A DNA stretch of 64,000 nt, from positions 43,841-107,840 of the forward strand of contig OMWI01000007.1 in assembly GCA_900314715.1 (NCBI GenBank). The letters are read 5' to 3'. Numbering within the stretch: the first letter of the stretch is position 1; every line of letters begins with the position of its first letter. The translations under genes were made by a program, and so were the position numbers. The notes under the pieces are model-generated. The model ran no database searches and was not told the origin of the DNA. It saw only the letters and a program-made list of their open reading frames with translations. Shown in pieces: positions 31,666 to 41,421 of this stretch. This stretch comes from an uncultured Prevotellaceae bacterium. GTDB taxonomy: Bacteria; Bacteroidota; Bacteroidia; Bacteroidales; Bacteroidaceae.

Positions 31666-31673
31666 TACTTTTG
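31666..31673 (+). promoter_or_regulatory. -7 promoter box (TActTTTG) for the susC-like operon
   Basis: Exact TAnnTTTG, ~120 nt upstream of susC and ~50 nt downstream of the operator. Confidence 0.5.
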
Positions 31674-31791
31674 CAACGTGAAAATAGTCTCCAGCGCTTT
31701 GCAAACAAGCAATAAGTGCTAAATAGGCTGTTTGCGTCAACCTAATAATGACATTCAATAAACAAATATATTTAACTTAAAAAATGTAGTA

Positions 31792-34700
31792 ATGATGAAG
31801 CAGGTAAAGTTTACAATGCCTCTAAGGATGCTCGCTTTAATATGTGGGCTATTCCTAACGGTTAGTGCCTTTGCACAGCAGATTACTGTGAAAGGCCATG
31901 TGAAGGATGCTACTGGCGAACCCATCATCGGTGCTACTATCCGCGTGGTAGGCGTGGAAGGTGGAACGGTGAGCGATATCGACGGTAACTTCACTTTGAA
32001 TGCCAATCCTGGCGCTACGCTTTCAGTGTCATACATTGGTTATGCGACACAGGAGGTTTCCACAGCGTCTGATGTCGTTATCACTCTTGAGGATGATGTG
32101 GCCAATTCACTTAACGAAGTGGTAGTTATTGGTTATGGTGTTGCCAAGAAGAGTGACTTGACTGGTTCTGTGGCAGCCTTGAAGCCTGATGCTAAGAACA
32201 AAGGTGTCGTAGTGAATCCACAAGACATGCTCGCTGGTAAAGTAGCTGGTGTGAACATCACAAGTAATGACGGTGCTCCTGGTACTGGCGCACAAATCCG
32301 TATTCGTGGTGGATCTTCGTTAAATGCGTCAAACGACCCATTGATCGTGATTGACGGTTTGGCTATGGATAATGAGGGTGTGAAAGGTTTGTCAAACCCA
32401 CTCTCAATGATTAATCCACAAGACATTGAGTCGTTCAACGTATTGAAAGACGCTTCTGCCACAGCTATCTACGGTAGCCGTGGTTCAAACGGTGTGATTA
32501 TCATCACCACCAAGAAAGGTCGTCAAGGTATGAAACCCTCTATTTCTTATTCGGGTAGTGCAACTGTAAGTATGCGTCAGAAATCGCTTAAGGTGATGAA
32601 TGGTGATGAGTATCGCAGCTTTATTAACAAAATGTACGATGCAAACAGTATCCCAGTTCAAGCATTGGGTACAGCCAACACCGATTGGCAAAAGGAGATT
32701 TATCGCACGGCTATCAGTCATGACCACAACGTGACTCTCTCTGGAGCAGTAAAGAGCTTGCCTTATCGTTTGTCAGTAGGTTATACCGACCAACAGGGTA
32801 TCTTGAAAACTTCTGACTTCAAGCGTGTTACCGCAGCCATCAACTTGAATCCGTCTTTCTTTGACAATCACTTAACCTTGAATCTCAATGGAAAGGGTAT
32901 GTATGCCAAGACAAAGTATGCAGACACGCAAGCCGTGAGTGCCGCCGTGTATATGGATCCAACGCAAGATCCTTACAGCTATACCTCTGCATATCATAAG
33001 AGTTTGTTAGGCGGTAGCCTTGAGCAGACATTGAAGAACTTCGGGGGTTATTTCCAATGGCCAGTTGACGCTGATTGGGATGGTGACCCGACATGGCCGT
33101 ATACATATAGAAGCGTTTCCAATATGCCTAATCCTCTTTCTGTGCTCTATGGACGTGATGAATATGCCAAGAGCCGTGCATTTGTCGGAAGTGCCGACGT
33201 TGACTATAAGGTTCATGGTTTCGAAGACTTGCGTCTTCACTTGACTTTAGGTGCTGATATTTCTGAAGGTAAGCAATATACTAACAACCAACCTTGGTAC
33301 ACAGGTTCTATGTATTATGGTAGTTGGGGAAACGAGAAAATCTTGAAACGTAATCTCCAGCTTTCTGCTTACGGTCAGTATTACCATGATTTCAACGATG
33401 CTGCCAAGAATCACTTTGATATCATGGCTGGTTATGAATGGCAACACTTCTGGCGTGACCAAAAGAATGACTATATTGGATATTATCCTTCAACAAGTCC
33501 TAAGTATGTGGCTAATCCCGCAGACCCAACCGTCAATGAGCGTCCACACACTCCATATCATTTCCGTACAGATAGCTACTTGATTTCATTCTTCGGTCGT
33601 GCAAACTGGTCGTTGATGGATCGTTATTATGTAACAGCTACCGTGCGTGATGATGGTTCTTCTCGTTTCAAGAAGCACTGGGCATGGTTCCCCTCATTTG
33701 CGTTTGCATGGAAAGTAAAGGATGAAAACAAGTTCCGTGATATCAACTGGCTCTCCGACTTGAAGCTCCGTTTAGGTTGGGGTATGACTGGTCAGCAGGC
33801 AGGTGCTGTTCCTGATTATGGATGGATTGCTACCTATTCACGCAATACCGGTACCAATGGTTACTATCCACTTGTCGGTGATGGTTCACTATATCGTCCA
33901 GACAACTATACGCCAAATTTGAAGTGGGAAACTACTACTACATATAATATAGGTATAGACTGGGGTATCTTTGACCAACGACTCACGGGTACAGTTGACT
34001 GGTATTATCGTAAGACCACCGACCTTTTGAACTATGCTCCTTCATTGCCATTGTCTGCATATCGTAACCAAAGCTGGCAGAACATCGGTTCTTTGGTAAA
34101 TACGGGTGTCGAGGCAACCTTGAGTTGGAAAGTTATTCGTGCTAAAGATTGGTATTGGACTCTTGACTATAACTTCACTTACAACAAGAATGAGATTACT
34201 GACTTGAATGGTGTTTCTTCCGACGGTTCTCCTGTACCCAATACTGGTATTAAGATTGGTACGGACCGCTATTTGCAATACCAACAAGTTGGACATCCTA
34301 TCAATTCGTTCTTGGTATTCCAGCAGGCATACGACAAGAATGGCAAGCCAGTTGAGAATGCTGTGGTTGATCGCAATGGCGATGGACAAATCACTCAAGC
34401 AGACAAGTATTTCTATAAGAGTCCTTCCGCTCCCATTACCATGGGATTGGCATCTCGTTTGGAATACAAGAATTGGGACTTCGGTTTCTCACTCCGCGCA
34501 AGCATAGGCAACTATGTATATAATAATAATGAGCAAGGTATGGCTAATGTCAATCCAACCGAGGTTTGGAAGAGTTCACTCCTCTACATGAACAACTATA
34601 CGTATGAGGCAATTGAGCGCAACTGGCAGACCTATCAGATTACCTCTCAACTCTCTGACTTCTATGTTCATAATGCTTCGTTCTTGAAGTGTGACAACAT

Positions 34701-34884
34701 CACGTTGGGTTATAGCTTCTCTAATCTCTTCAACAAACTTGGCGGACGTGTTTATGCTACGGCATCAAACGTGTTTACCATTACCAAGTATGATGGATTG
34801 GATCCCGAGGTTGGCAGTGGATTTGACAGTAACATGTACCCACGTCCATTCTCTGTGATTGTTGGTTTGAACCTGAATTTCTAA
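31792..34884 (+). CDS. susC: SusC-like TonB-dependent outer-membrane transporter
   Basis: Signal peptide, carboxypeptidase-regulatory-like N-domain (ITVKGHVKDATGEPIIGATI), a VVIGYG TonB-box region, and a C-terminal aromatic residue (LNLNF). Confidence 0.92.
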   Translation: MMKQVKFTMPLRMLALICGLFLTVSAFAQQITVKGHVKDATGEPIIGATIRVVGVEGGTVSDIDGNFTLNANPGATLSVSYIGYATQEVSTASDVVITLEDDVANSLNEVVVIGYGVAKKSDLTGSVAALKPDAKNKGVVVNPQDMLAGKVAGVNITSNDGAPGTGAQIRIRGGSSLNASNDPLIVIDGLAMDNEGVKGLSNPLSMINPQDIESFNVLKDASATAIYGSRGSNGVIIITTKKGRQGMKPSISYSGSATVSMRQKSLKVMNGDEYRSFINKMYDANSIPVQALGTANTDWQKEIYRTAISHDHNVTLSGAVKSLPYRLSVGYTDQQGILKTSDFKRVTAAINLNPSFFDNHLTLNLNGKGMYAKTKYADTQAVSAAVYMDPTQDPYSYTSAYHKSLLGGSLEQTLKNFGGYFQWPVDADWDGDPTWPYTYRSVSNMPNPLSVLYGRDEYAKSRAFVGSADVDYKVHGFEDLRLHLTLGADISEGKQYTNNQPWYTGSMYYGSWGNEKILKRNLQLSAYGQYYHDFNDAAKNHFDIMAGYEWQHFWRDQKNDYIGYYPSTSPKYVANPADPTVNERPHTPYHFRTDSYLISFFGRANWSLMDRYYVTATVRDDGSSRFKKHWAWFPSFAFAWKVKDENKFRDINWLSDLKLRLGWGMTGQQAGAVPDYGWIATYSRNTGTNGYYPLVGDGSLYRPDNYTPNLKWETTTTYNIGIDWGIFDQRLTGTVDWYYRKTTDLLNYAPSLPLSAYRNQSWQNIGSLVNTGVEATLSWKVIRAKDWYWTLDYNFTYNKNEITDLNGVSSDGSPVPNTGIKIGTDRYLQYQQVGHPINSFLVFQQAYDKNGKPVENAVVDRNGDGQITQADKYFYKSPSAPITMGLASRLEYKNWDFGFSLRASIGNYVYNNNEQGMANVNPTEVWKSSLLYMNNYTYEAIERNWQTYQITSQLSDFYVHNASFLKCDNITLGYSFSNLFNKLGGRVYATASNVFTITKYDGLDPEVGSGFDSNMYPRPFSVIVGLNLNF

Positions 34885-34919
34885 TTCATCATGTATAACT
34901 TTAAAATGCAATATAAGTC

Positions 34920-36527
34920 ATGAAACAAATATTTAAAAATCTGATTCCTGTCGCATCGCTTGCATTTGCTTTTAGCATGACCTCATGTGTCAAAGACTTG
35001 GATGTAGATCCACTGGATCCCAATATGTCCACTGAAGTTAGTGCGGAAGGCTTATTCAACAAGTGTTATGCCAACATTGCCATGGCTGGTAATGGTGGTG
35101 CTAATGGCGATTGTGACATCGACGGTATTGACGGTGGTACGTCAGGATATGTGCGCCAGATGTGGAATGCCAATGAGTTGCCTACCGATGAGGCTATCTG
35201 TGGATGGGGTGACGACGGTATTGAGCAGTCTTGCTTTAATACATACGATGAATCACATCCAATGCTTAATGGCTATTTCGCTCGTTTGACAACGGGTATT
35301 ACCTATTGCAATGAGTATCTGGCAGTTGCTGGTGGTAATGATGCAACGATGACAGCTGAAATCCGTTTCATCCGTGCCTTGAACTATTATCTGTTAATGG
35401 ATGCTTTTGGAAGAGTGCCTTTCGCAGAGTCTCTTGGCAATCCTGCTATCTATACTCGTCAACAAATGTATGAGTGGTTGGAAAAGGAATTGGTGGAAAA
35501 TGTAGAACCCAATCTTTCCAATGCCAAAGCTAAAAAGTCTTCTGACGCTGGCTATGGTCGTGTTGACAAGGCTGCTGCTTGGATGTTGCTTGCTCGCCTC
35601 TATTTGAATGCTGAGGTTTATGTTGGTACTCCACAATGGGCAAAAGCTGCTGAATATGCTAAGAAAATCATGGATTCAGACTATCGTTTGAATACTCAGG
35701 GCGTGAATGGATGGAGTGCTTATCAGATGTTGTTCATGGGAGACAATGGTGAGACAAATGCCGCTTATGAGGCTATCTTCCCCATCCTGCAAGATGGTCT
35801 GACCACAACATCTTGGGGAACCTCATTGTTCTTGACAGCTGCTTGCTTCGATAGTGACATGCATGCTAATCCCAATGACTTGAATGCTACTAATGGTACT
35901 TCTGGTCAGGTGTGGGGTGGTAATCGTGCCCGTCCAAGCTTAATCCAGAAATTCTTCCCCAATTTGGATGCTCCACAAGTTGCATGTTACGAAATGACTG
36001 CTGTTGCCGGGGATGACCGTGCTCTCTTTGACGGTATTGGGCGTGAAATCAATAACCTCACCCGTTCAGACTTCAAGCATGGCTATGGAGTGGCTAAGTT
36101 TACAAACTTCAAGACTGATGGTTCTGGTGGTCACGATGCAACGTTCGTAGATGGAGATTACTTCTTCTTCCGTGTAGCAGAGGCTTACTTGACATACGCA
36201 GAGGCTGTTGCTCGTCAGAATGGCGGAACACTTACACCAGATGGTGTTGCAGCTATCAATGCCCTTCGTGCTCGTGCTCATGCATCTCAAAAGTCAGGTT
36301 ATTCTCTTAATGAGATTCTTGATGAGTGGAGCCGTGAGTTCTACTTTGAAGGTCGTCGTCGTGTTGACCTGATTCGTTTTGGTAAGTTTGGTGGTGACAC
36401 CGATTATATTTGGCAATGGAAAGGCGGAACCTATGCTGGTCGTAACTTTGACAAGAATCGCAATATCTATGCTATTCCTGCAGCACAATTGCCCGCTTAT
36501 GACAGTGTTCAAAATCCTGGTTATTAA
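34920..36527 (+). CDS. susD: SusD/RagB-family lipoprotein
   Basis: Lipobox SMTSC. The motifs EIRFIRALNYYLLMDAFG and AEAYLTYAEA are typical of SusD. It immediately follows susC. Confidence 0.9.
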   Translation: MKQIFKNLIPVASLAFAFSMTSCVKDLDVDPLDPNMSTEVSAEGLFNKCYANIAMAGNGGANGDCDIDGIDGGTSGYVRQMWNANELPTDEAICGWGDDGIEQSCFNTYDESHPMLNGYFARLTTGITYCNEYLAVAGGNDATMTAEIRFIRALNYYLLMDAFGRVPFAESLGNPAIYTRQQMYEWLEKELVENVEPNLSNAKAKKSSDAGYGRVDKAAAWMLLARLYLNAEVYVGTPQWAKAAEYAKKIMDSDYRLNTQGVNGWSAYQMLFMGDNGETNAAYEAIFPILQDGLTTTSWGTSLFLTAACFDSDMHANPNDLNATNGTSGQVWGGNRARPSLIQKFFPNLDAPQVACYEMTAVAGDDRALFDGIGREINNLTRSDFKHGYGVAKFTNFKTDGSGGHDATFVDGDYFFFRVAEAYLTYAEAVARQNGGTLTPDGVAAINALRARAHASQKSGYSLNEILDEWSREFYFEGRRRVDLIRFGKFGGDTDYIWQWKGGTYAGRNFDKNRNIYAIPAAQLPAYDSVQNPGY

Positions 36528-36550
36528 TTAATAAGAGAAAGGACAATTAT

Positions 36551-37735
36551 ATGAAAAAGATACTTAAGTCAACATTGCTGCTCCTGTGCAGCGTGTGCCT
36601 CTTCACGGCTTGTGAAGATGACAATGACTCCAATCCTACGCTGGTTATCCCGACGACATTCCACCTGAATACACCAGCTTATGCACAGGCAAATACTGAT
36701 CTGGCTTCTTCTACCGAACTGCCCTTTACTTGGTCACAACCAAATTATGGTGGTTTCCCCGTAGCAGCACAATACCAAATGCAGTTCTCGCTCAAAAACA
36801 GCTTTACTACCTCTGTGGCACAAGCTGAGGCTGACGAGAGTGGCAAGACGATTGCTGATTATGTGATGCTTGACCAGATATATAATAGTTGTCAGGGTAC
36901 GGTAAATGCTTCTTCATTGGCAAAAGGACTTGAACAATTGGCTGGTTGGGATGAGGATAACGTTCCTGAAACCGTTACCGTTTATGCTCGTTTGACTTCT
37001 GACTTTGCCAATGATACAATCTACTCCAACGTGGTATCATTCTTGGTATCTCCTTACTATGTAGAACTGAAAGATGCACCTGTAGAAATCTGGTATCTCG
37101 TAGGTGGATGTATCGCTGATGGTAAGTGGAGCAACAATGCTGATGCTATCGGAACCAGTTTGATGCCTATGAACATCATTCAAGGCGTAGAATACGACAA
37201 GAAGACGGGTACTGGCGAAATCCAATACATCGGTTACTTCCCCGACAATGCTGAGTTCAAGATTGTGAAGACTCCAGGTGATTGGGATCACTATGTATTC
37301 TGCGGTAATGGTGAAGATATGGGTACTTCTCTCCGCAATGGCGGTGATGATACAGGTAACATCAAGATTGCTGAGGGTGGATACTATATGATTACTATCA
37401 ATACGAAAGACGTTACTTGCAGCATTGAGAAGTATGAAGAGGCTGTGAAGGTTTATCCTAAACTCTGTATTGCAGGTAGCTTCAATGATTGGAGCGATAG
37501 CGACTTGACTCCTGTATTCAGCTTCGAAGGTGCCGAAAACCACATTTGGTCTTATGAAGTGGAAGGTGGCTGGAAGTTGAAAGTGAAATTACCAGATGAT
37601 TGGGGCACCAACTGGGGCTACAAGGATGGCTATGCTGGAGAGAGAGATGGAGATGGAAACCTCGTTGTTCCTGAAGGCAAGTGGTTGTTTATCTTCAATG
37701 ATATTGACGGATCTTACTCCCTTATTGCCAAATAA
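36551..37735 (+). CDS. susE: SusE-like outer-membrane lipoprotein
   Basis: Lipobox FTAC; position after susD; C-terminal starch-binding-like beta modules. Family assignment rests on context and composition. Confidence 0.65.
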   Translation: MKKILKSTLLLLCSVCLFTACEDDNDSNPTLVIPTTFHLNTPAYAQANTDLASSTELPFTWSQPNYGGFPVAAQYQMQFSLKNSFTTSVAQAEADESGKTIADYVMLDQIYNSCQGTVNASSLAKGLEQLAGWDEDNVPETVTVYARLTSDFANDTIYSNVVSFLVSPYYVELKDAPVEIWYLVGGCIADGKWSNNADAIGTSLMPMNIIQGVEYDKKTGTGEIQYIGYFPDNAEFKIVKTPGDWDHYVFCGNGEDMGTSLRNGGDDTGNIKIAEGGYYMITINTKDVTCSIEKYEEAVKVYPKLCIAGSFNDWSDSDLTPVFSFEGAENHIWSYEVEGGWKLKVKLPDDWGTNWGYKDGYAGERDGDGNLVVPEGKWLFIFNDIDGSYSLIAK

Positions 37736-37772
37736 GTAAATGGGTTTCATTCACATTAAAACAGAAACGATT

Positions 37773-39170
37773 ATGTTAAAGAAGTTTTTATATGGACTGA
37801 CATTGATTGCCGTTATGGCATCATGTTCAGATGATTATACAGATTGGGCATCTCCTCAGACTAATCCTGAGGAGAAAGCCAAGACTGTGGAGATGAGTGT
37901 TGGCGCAGTACCCGACATTGACCTCGGTGAGATTGTTGCCGACTCTGTTCAGCTTTTTGTTCCTACGGTAGTAGCGAGTGATGAGGCTGTCAGCAGTTTT
38001 ACCGTTGAACTCTTCCAACCTCCTTATGTGCAAGGACAGAGCAAGAGTGTTGTTCTAACAACTGACGCTCAAGGTTATGTTTCGGTTGAAGATTTGCAGG
38101 CTGCGGTTGTTGAACTCTTTGGCGCACGTCCCGAAAAACGCCAAGTTGGTATGGTTGTGACTTGTCTGACATCAGTGGGTGGACAAAGTATTAAGAATGT
38201 GGCAAGTGGCGCAGGGGTAAATGTTATGCCTGCAGCACCTCTGATAGAGACTGCTTACTACTTGACAGGTAGTATCAATGGTTGGAATAACAATGACAAT
38301 ACCTACAAACTTACAAACGATGGTTCTGACCCATACACTAATCCTACATTCACATTGCGTATTCCTGCTCCAGAGGATGGCTCTAATGTTGAGTTCAAGA
38401 TGACTCCAGAGTCAGGTCTTGACGGTGATTGGTCTGGTTGTTTGGCAGGTGGAGAGGAACAAGGTACTTTCGTATACAATAATGCTGGTGGTAACCTCGT
38501 TATTGAGGCCATTCCTGGTGCTAAGTATTATGATTTGACCTTCAATATGTTAGATCTCACTTGGTCGTATACCGCCATCTCATTTGAGCCATTCGTTTAC
38601 TTCATTGGTGCTACCGACGGATGGGCAAATGCAGAGCAGAAACTTGCTCTCGTGAACGATGAAGGTTTATATACGGGTTATATCTATTGTGCTGATCCCA
38701 ATGGTTGGGGTAATGAATTCAAGTTCCAACGTGTAGCTGGTTCTTGGGATAATGAGATCAACTATAATACCTTTACAAGTGTTACTGGCTTTGAGAAAGG
38801 TGACGGTAGCAATATCAAGGCAGCTGCTGGAGAAGGAGTTTACTATGTAACACTCGACTTGAGCAACAATATCTTGAACGGTATTAAGGTTAACAACATG
38901 AACCTTGTAGGTGACTTCAATGGTTGGAATCCTGGTGACGATGCTCAGCAAATGACATGGGATGCAGCTAACTACTGCTACGTGATTACCAATGCTGGCG
39001 TTACGAGCAATGGATGGAAGTTTACTATCAACAACGCATGGGATATCAACCTGGGTGGCGACATCAATAATCTTGTTGCCAATGGTGATAATATCTCCGT
39101 TACAGGTAAGACTATCAAACTCTATCCAACTCGCAAGACATCTGAAAAGATTTATTGCACGATTGAGTAA
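37773..39170 (+). CDS. susF: SusF-like outer-membrane lipoprotein with repeated starch-binding-like modules
   Basis: The start MLKKFLYGLTLIAVMASC carries a lipobox. Repeated GWN..D/W-rich modules (GSINGWNNND, GDFNGWNPGDD). Confidence 0.65.
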   Translation: MLKKFLYGLTLIAVMASCSDDYTDWASPQTNPEEKAKTVEMSVGAVPDIDLGEIVADSVQLFVPTVVASDEAVSSFTVELFQPPYVQGQSKSVVLTTDAQGYVSVEDLQAAVVELFGARPEKRQVGMVVTCLTSVGGQSIKNVASGAGVNVMPAAPLIETAYYLTGSINGWNNNDNTYKLTNDGSDPYTNPTFTLRIPAPEDGSNVEFKMTPESGLDGDWSGCLAGGEEQGTFVYNNAGGNLVIEAIPGAKYYDLTFNMLDLTWSYTAISFEPFVYFIGATDGWANAEQKLALVNDEGLYTGYIYCADPNGWGNEFKFQRVAGSWDNEINYNTFTSVTGFEKGDGSNIKAAAGEGVYYVTLDLSNNILNGIKVNNMNLVGDFNGWNPGDDAQQMTWDAANYCYVITNAGVTSNGWKFTINNAWDINLGGDINNLVANGDNISVTGKTIKLYPTRKTSEKIYCTIE

Positions 39171-39194
39171 GTCAATCAAGTAATAGTTTCATTC

Positions 39195-39228
39195 ATAGAA
39201 GGGTGCACCAAAAAGTGCATCCTTCTAT
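39195..39228 (+). terminator. Stem-loop after the susF-like gene (weak U-tract)
   Basis: atagaagggtgcac / gtgcatccttctat form a 14-bp stem (one G-U pair) with a 6-nt loop, followed by tttgtt. Confidence 0.55.
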
Positions 39229-39372
39229 TTGTTAATAACGAAAAGCAATGCGTGTGCAACCGATTGCGCACACATTCATATATTATTATAAGGTGTTTGA
39301 TTGGTATTTGTTGTTTTTTTCATAATTTCGCCGATGAAAACAAAGTCTATGAACTATCAACGAAATCATATA

Positions 39373-41400
39373 ATGAAGATGAAACAAATTTACACATTTC
39401 TATTGGCATTCTCGTTTGTTCCATTTACGGCATGTGCCAATGACGGATGGCCATCACAATATGGCGGAGTAATGTTGCAAGGTTTTTACTGGGATTCCTT
39501 CGATGCTACCAAATGGACGAATCTCCAGAAACAAGCACCTGAATTGGGACAATTCTTCGATCTCGTTTGGTTGCCACAAAGTGCTAATTGTGGTGGTACT
39601 TCCATGGGATATGATGATTTGTATTGGTTTTCCAATTACAACAGTTCTTTCGGAACAGAGGCAGAATTGCGTTCATTAATCCAAGCATTCAAGGCTAATG
39701 GTATCGGAACGATTGCCGATGTAGTCATCAATCACCGTAAGAACGTTTCCAATTGGGTGGATTTCCCTCGTGAAACCTATAAGGGCGTTACTTACGAGTT
39801 GAAATCTACTGATATTTGTTCTGATGATGATGGTGGTGCTACGCTGAATTGGGCAAGGCAAAACGGTTATTCTCTTTCATCCAATAAAGACACAGGAGAA
39901 GGATGGAGCGGAATGCGCGACCTTGATCATACAAGTGCCAATGTGCAAACTAACGTCAAGGCATACTTGGATATGTTGCTCAATGATTTAGGATACGTTG
40001 GCTTCCGCTATGATATGGTGAAGGGATATAGTGGTTCATATACGAAGATGTATAATGAATCATCAAAACCGACATATTCAGTAGGTGAGTGTTGGGATGG
40101 AACGAACACTATCAAGAATTGGATTGATGCTACGAGCAAGACATCTGCTGCTTTCGACTTCCAATTCCGTTACACCGTGCGCAACGCTATTAACAGGAAC
40201 GACTGGAGTTATTTAGGAAAGCAGAATGATGGCAACTGGCCATTGATTAGTACAAGTGTTGCAAATGGTAGTTATCGTCAATATGCGGTGACTTTCGTTG
40301 AGAATCACGATACTGAAAAGCGTAGTAATGCAGATCAAGACCCTATCCGCAAAGATACTTTGGCGGCTAATGCTTATCTTTTGGCAATGCCAGGAACTCC
40401 CTGTGTTTTCTTGACGCATTGGCAAGCCTATAAGCAAGCTATTAAATCCATGATAGAAGTTCGTAAGTTGGCTGGCATTCACAATGAAAGTGCAACACTC
40501 AACTTTGCCAGTACCTCTACTTACTATGCCGTTCGTACGTCGGGAACCAAAGGACAGTTGCTTTGCGTGGTTGGTCCTGGCGCACAAAGTTATGTTCCTA
40601 ATGGCCAATGGGTTCAGGTGCTCAGTGGTTACAAGTATGCATATTATCTTTCCCCATCTATGGAAACGGCTTGGGTGGATTTAAGTTCTGGCAATTATGA
40701 AGGTGAACAAACCGCAAGATTGTCGGCTATCAGCGAGTCAGCTAATGCACAATTGGTTTATACACTTGACGGAACCAATCCTACAGCCAATAGTGCAAAG
40801 GTTTCCTCTGGGTCAACCATCACGATTCCTATCGGAACCACTACATTGAAAGTGGGATTGTTGATTGGTGGCGTGGTTAGTGGAATTGTTTCTCGTCAAT
40901 ACGAAGTAACAGAGGAGATTCCTTTCAATCCCTATACCATTAATGTGTATGTAAATACCGATAAGGTGGGATGGAATCGAGTGAACTTCTGGACATGGGG
41001 TGGAGATGGTAGTCATGCTCCCAAAAATGGCAATTGGCCTGGAGATGCCGTGACAACGACTGTGTCGATTGGCGGAAAGAATTGGTATCGTTCATCATAT
41101 ACTATCAATAGCTTGGATGATTGCGTGAATTTCGTTTTCAGTACAAACTCTGGAAGTCCGCAAACCATAGATATTAACGACGTAAAGCAAGATGCTTATT
41201 TCGAAATATCTAACGAAACAGATGGTGGAAAGAACAAAGTGAATGATTTGACCAACCAGTTAACATCTGTGAATCGTGTGTTGAATGATGCTCAACAGAA
41301 GAGTCAGATGTATAATATACAAGGTATGAAGGTGAAAAACAATGTTTCTTTGCCTCATGGAATTTACATTCAAAACGGCAAGAAAGTGGTTGTAAAATAA
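39373..41400 (+). CDS. GH13 alpha-amylase with C-terminal carbohydrate-binding module and a T9SS-type C-terminal sorting tail
   Basis: GH13 regions DVVINHR, GFRYDMVKG, ECWD and FVENHD. The C-terminus ...MYNIQGMKVKNNVSLPHGIYIQNGKKVVVK resembles Por-secretion tails. Start chosen at MKMKQIYTF. Confidence 0.88.
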   Translation: MKMKQIYTFLLAFSFVPFTACANDGWPSQYGGVMLQGFYWDSFDATKWTNLQKQAPELGQFFDLVWLPQSANCGGTSMGYDDLYWFSNYNSSFGTEAELRSLIQAFKANGIGTIADVVINHRKNVSNWVDFPRETYKGVTYELKSTDICSDDDGGATLNWARQNGYSLSSNKDTGEGWSGMRDLDHTSANVQTNVKAYLDMLLNDLGYVGFRYDMVKGYSGSYTKMYNESSKPTYSVGECWDGTNTIKNWIDATSKTSAAFDFQFRYTVRNAINRNDWSYLGKQNDGNWPLISTSVANGSYRQYAVTFVENHDTEKRSNADQDPIRKDTLAANAYLLAMPGTPCVFLTHWQAYKQAIKSMIEVRKLAGIHNESATLNFASTSTYYAVRTSGTKGQLLCVVGPGAQSYVPNGQWVQVLSGYKYAYYLSPSMETAWVDLSSGNYEGEQTARLSAISESANAQLVYTLDGTNPTANSAKVSSGSTITIPIGTTTLKVGLLIGGVVSGIVSRQYEVTEEIPFNPYTINVYVNTDKVGWNRVNFWTWGGDGSHAPKNGNWPGDAVTTTVSIGGKNWYRSSYTINSLDDCVNFVFSTNSGSPQTIDINDVKQDAYFEISNETDGGKNKVNDLTNQLTSVNRVLNDAQQKSQMYNIQGMKVKNNVSLPHGIYIQNGKKVVVK

Positions 41401-41421
41401 CAAACACCTGCTTTGTAAACA

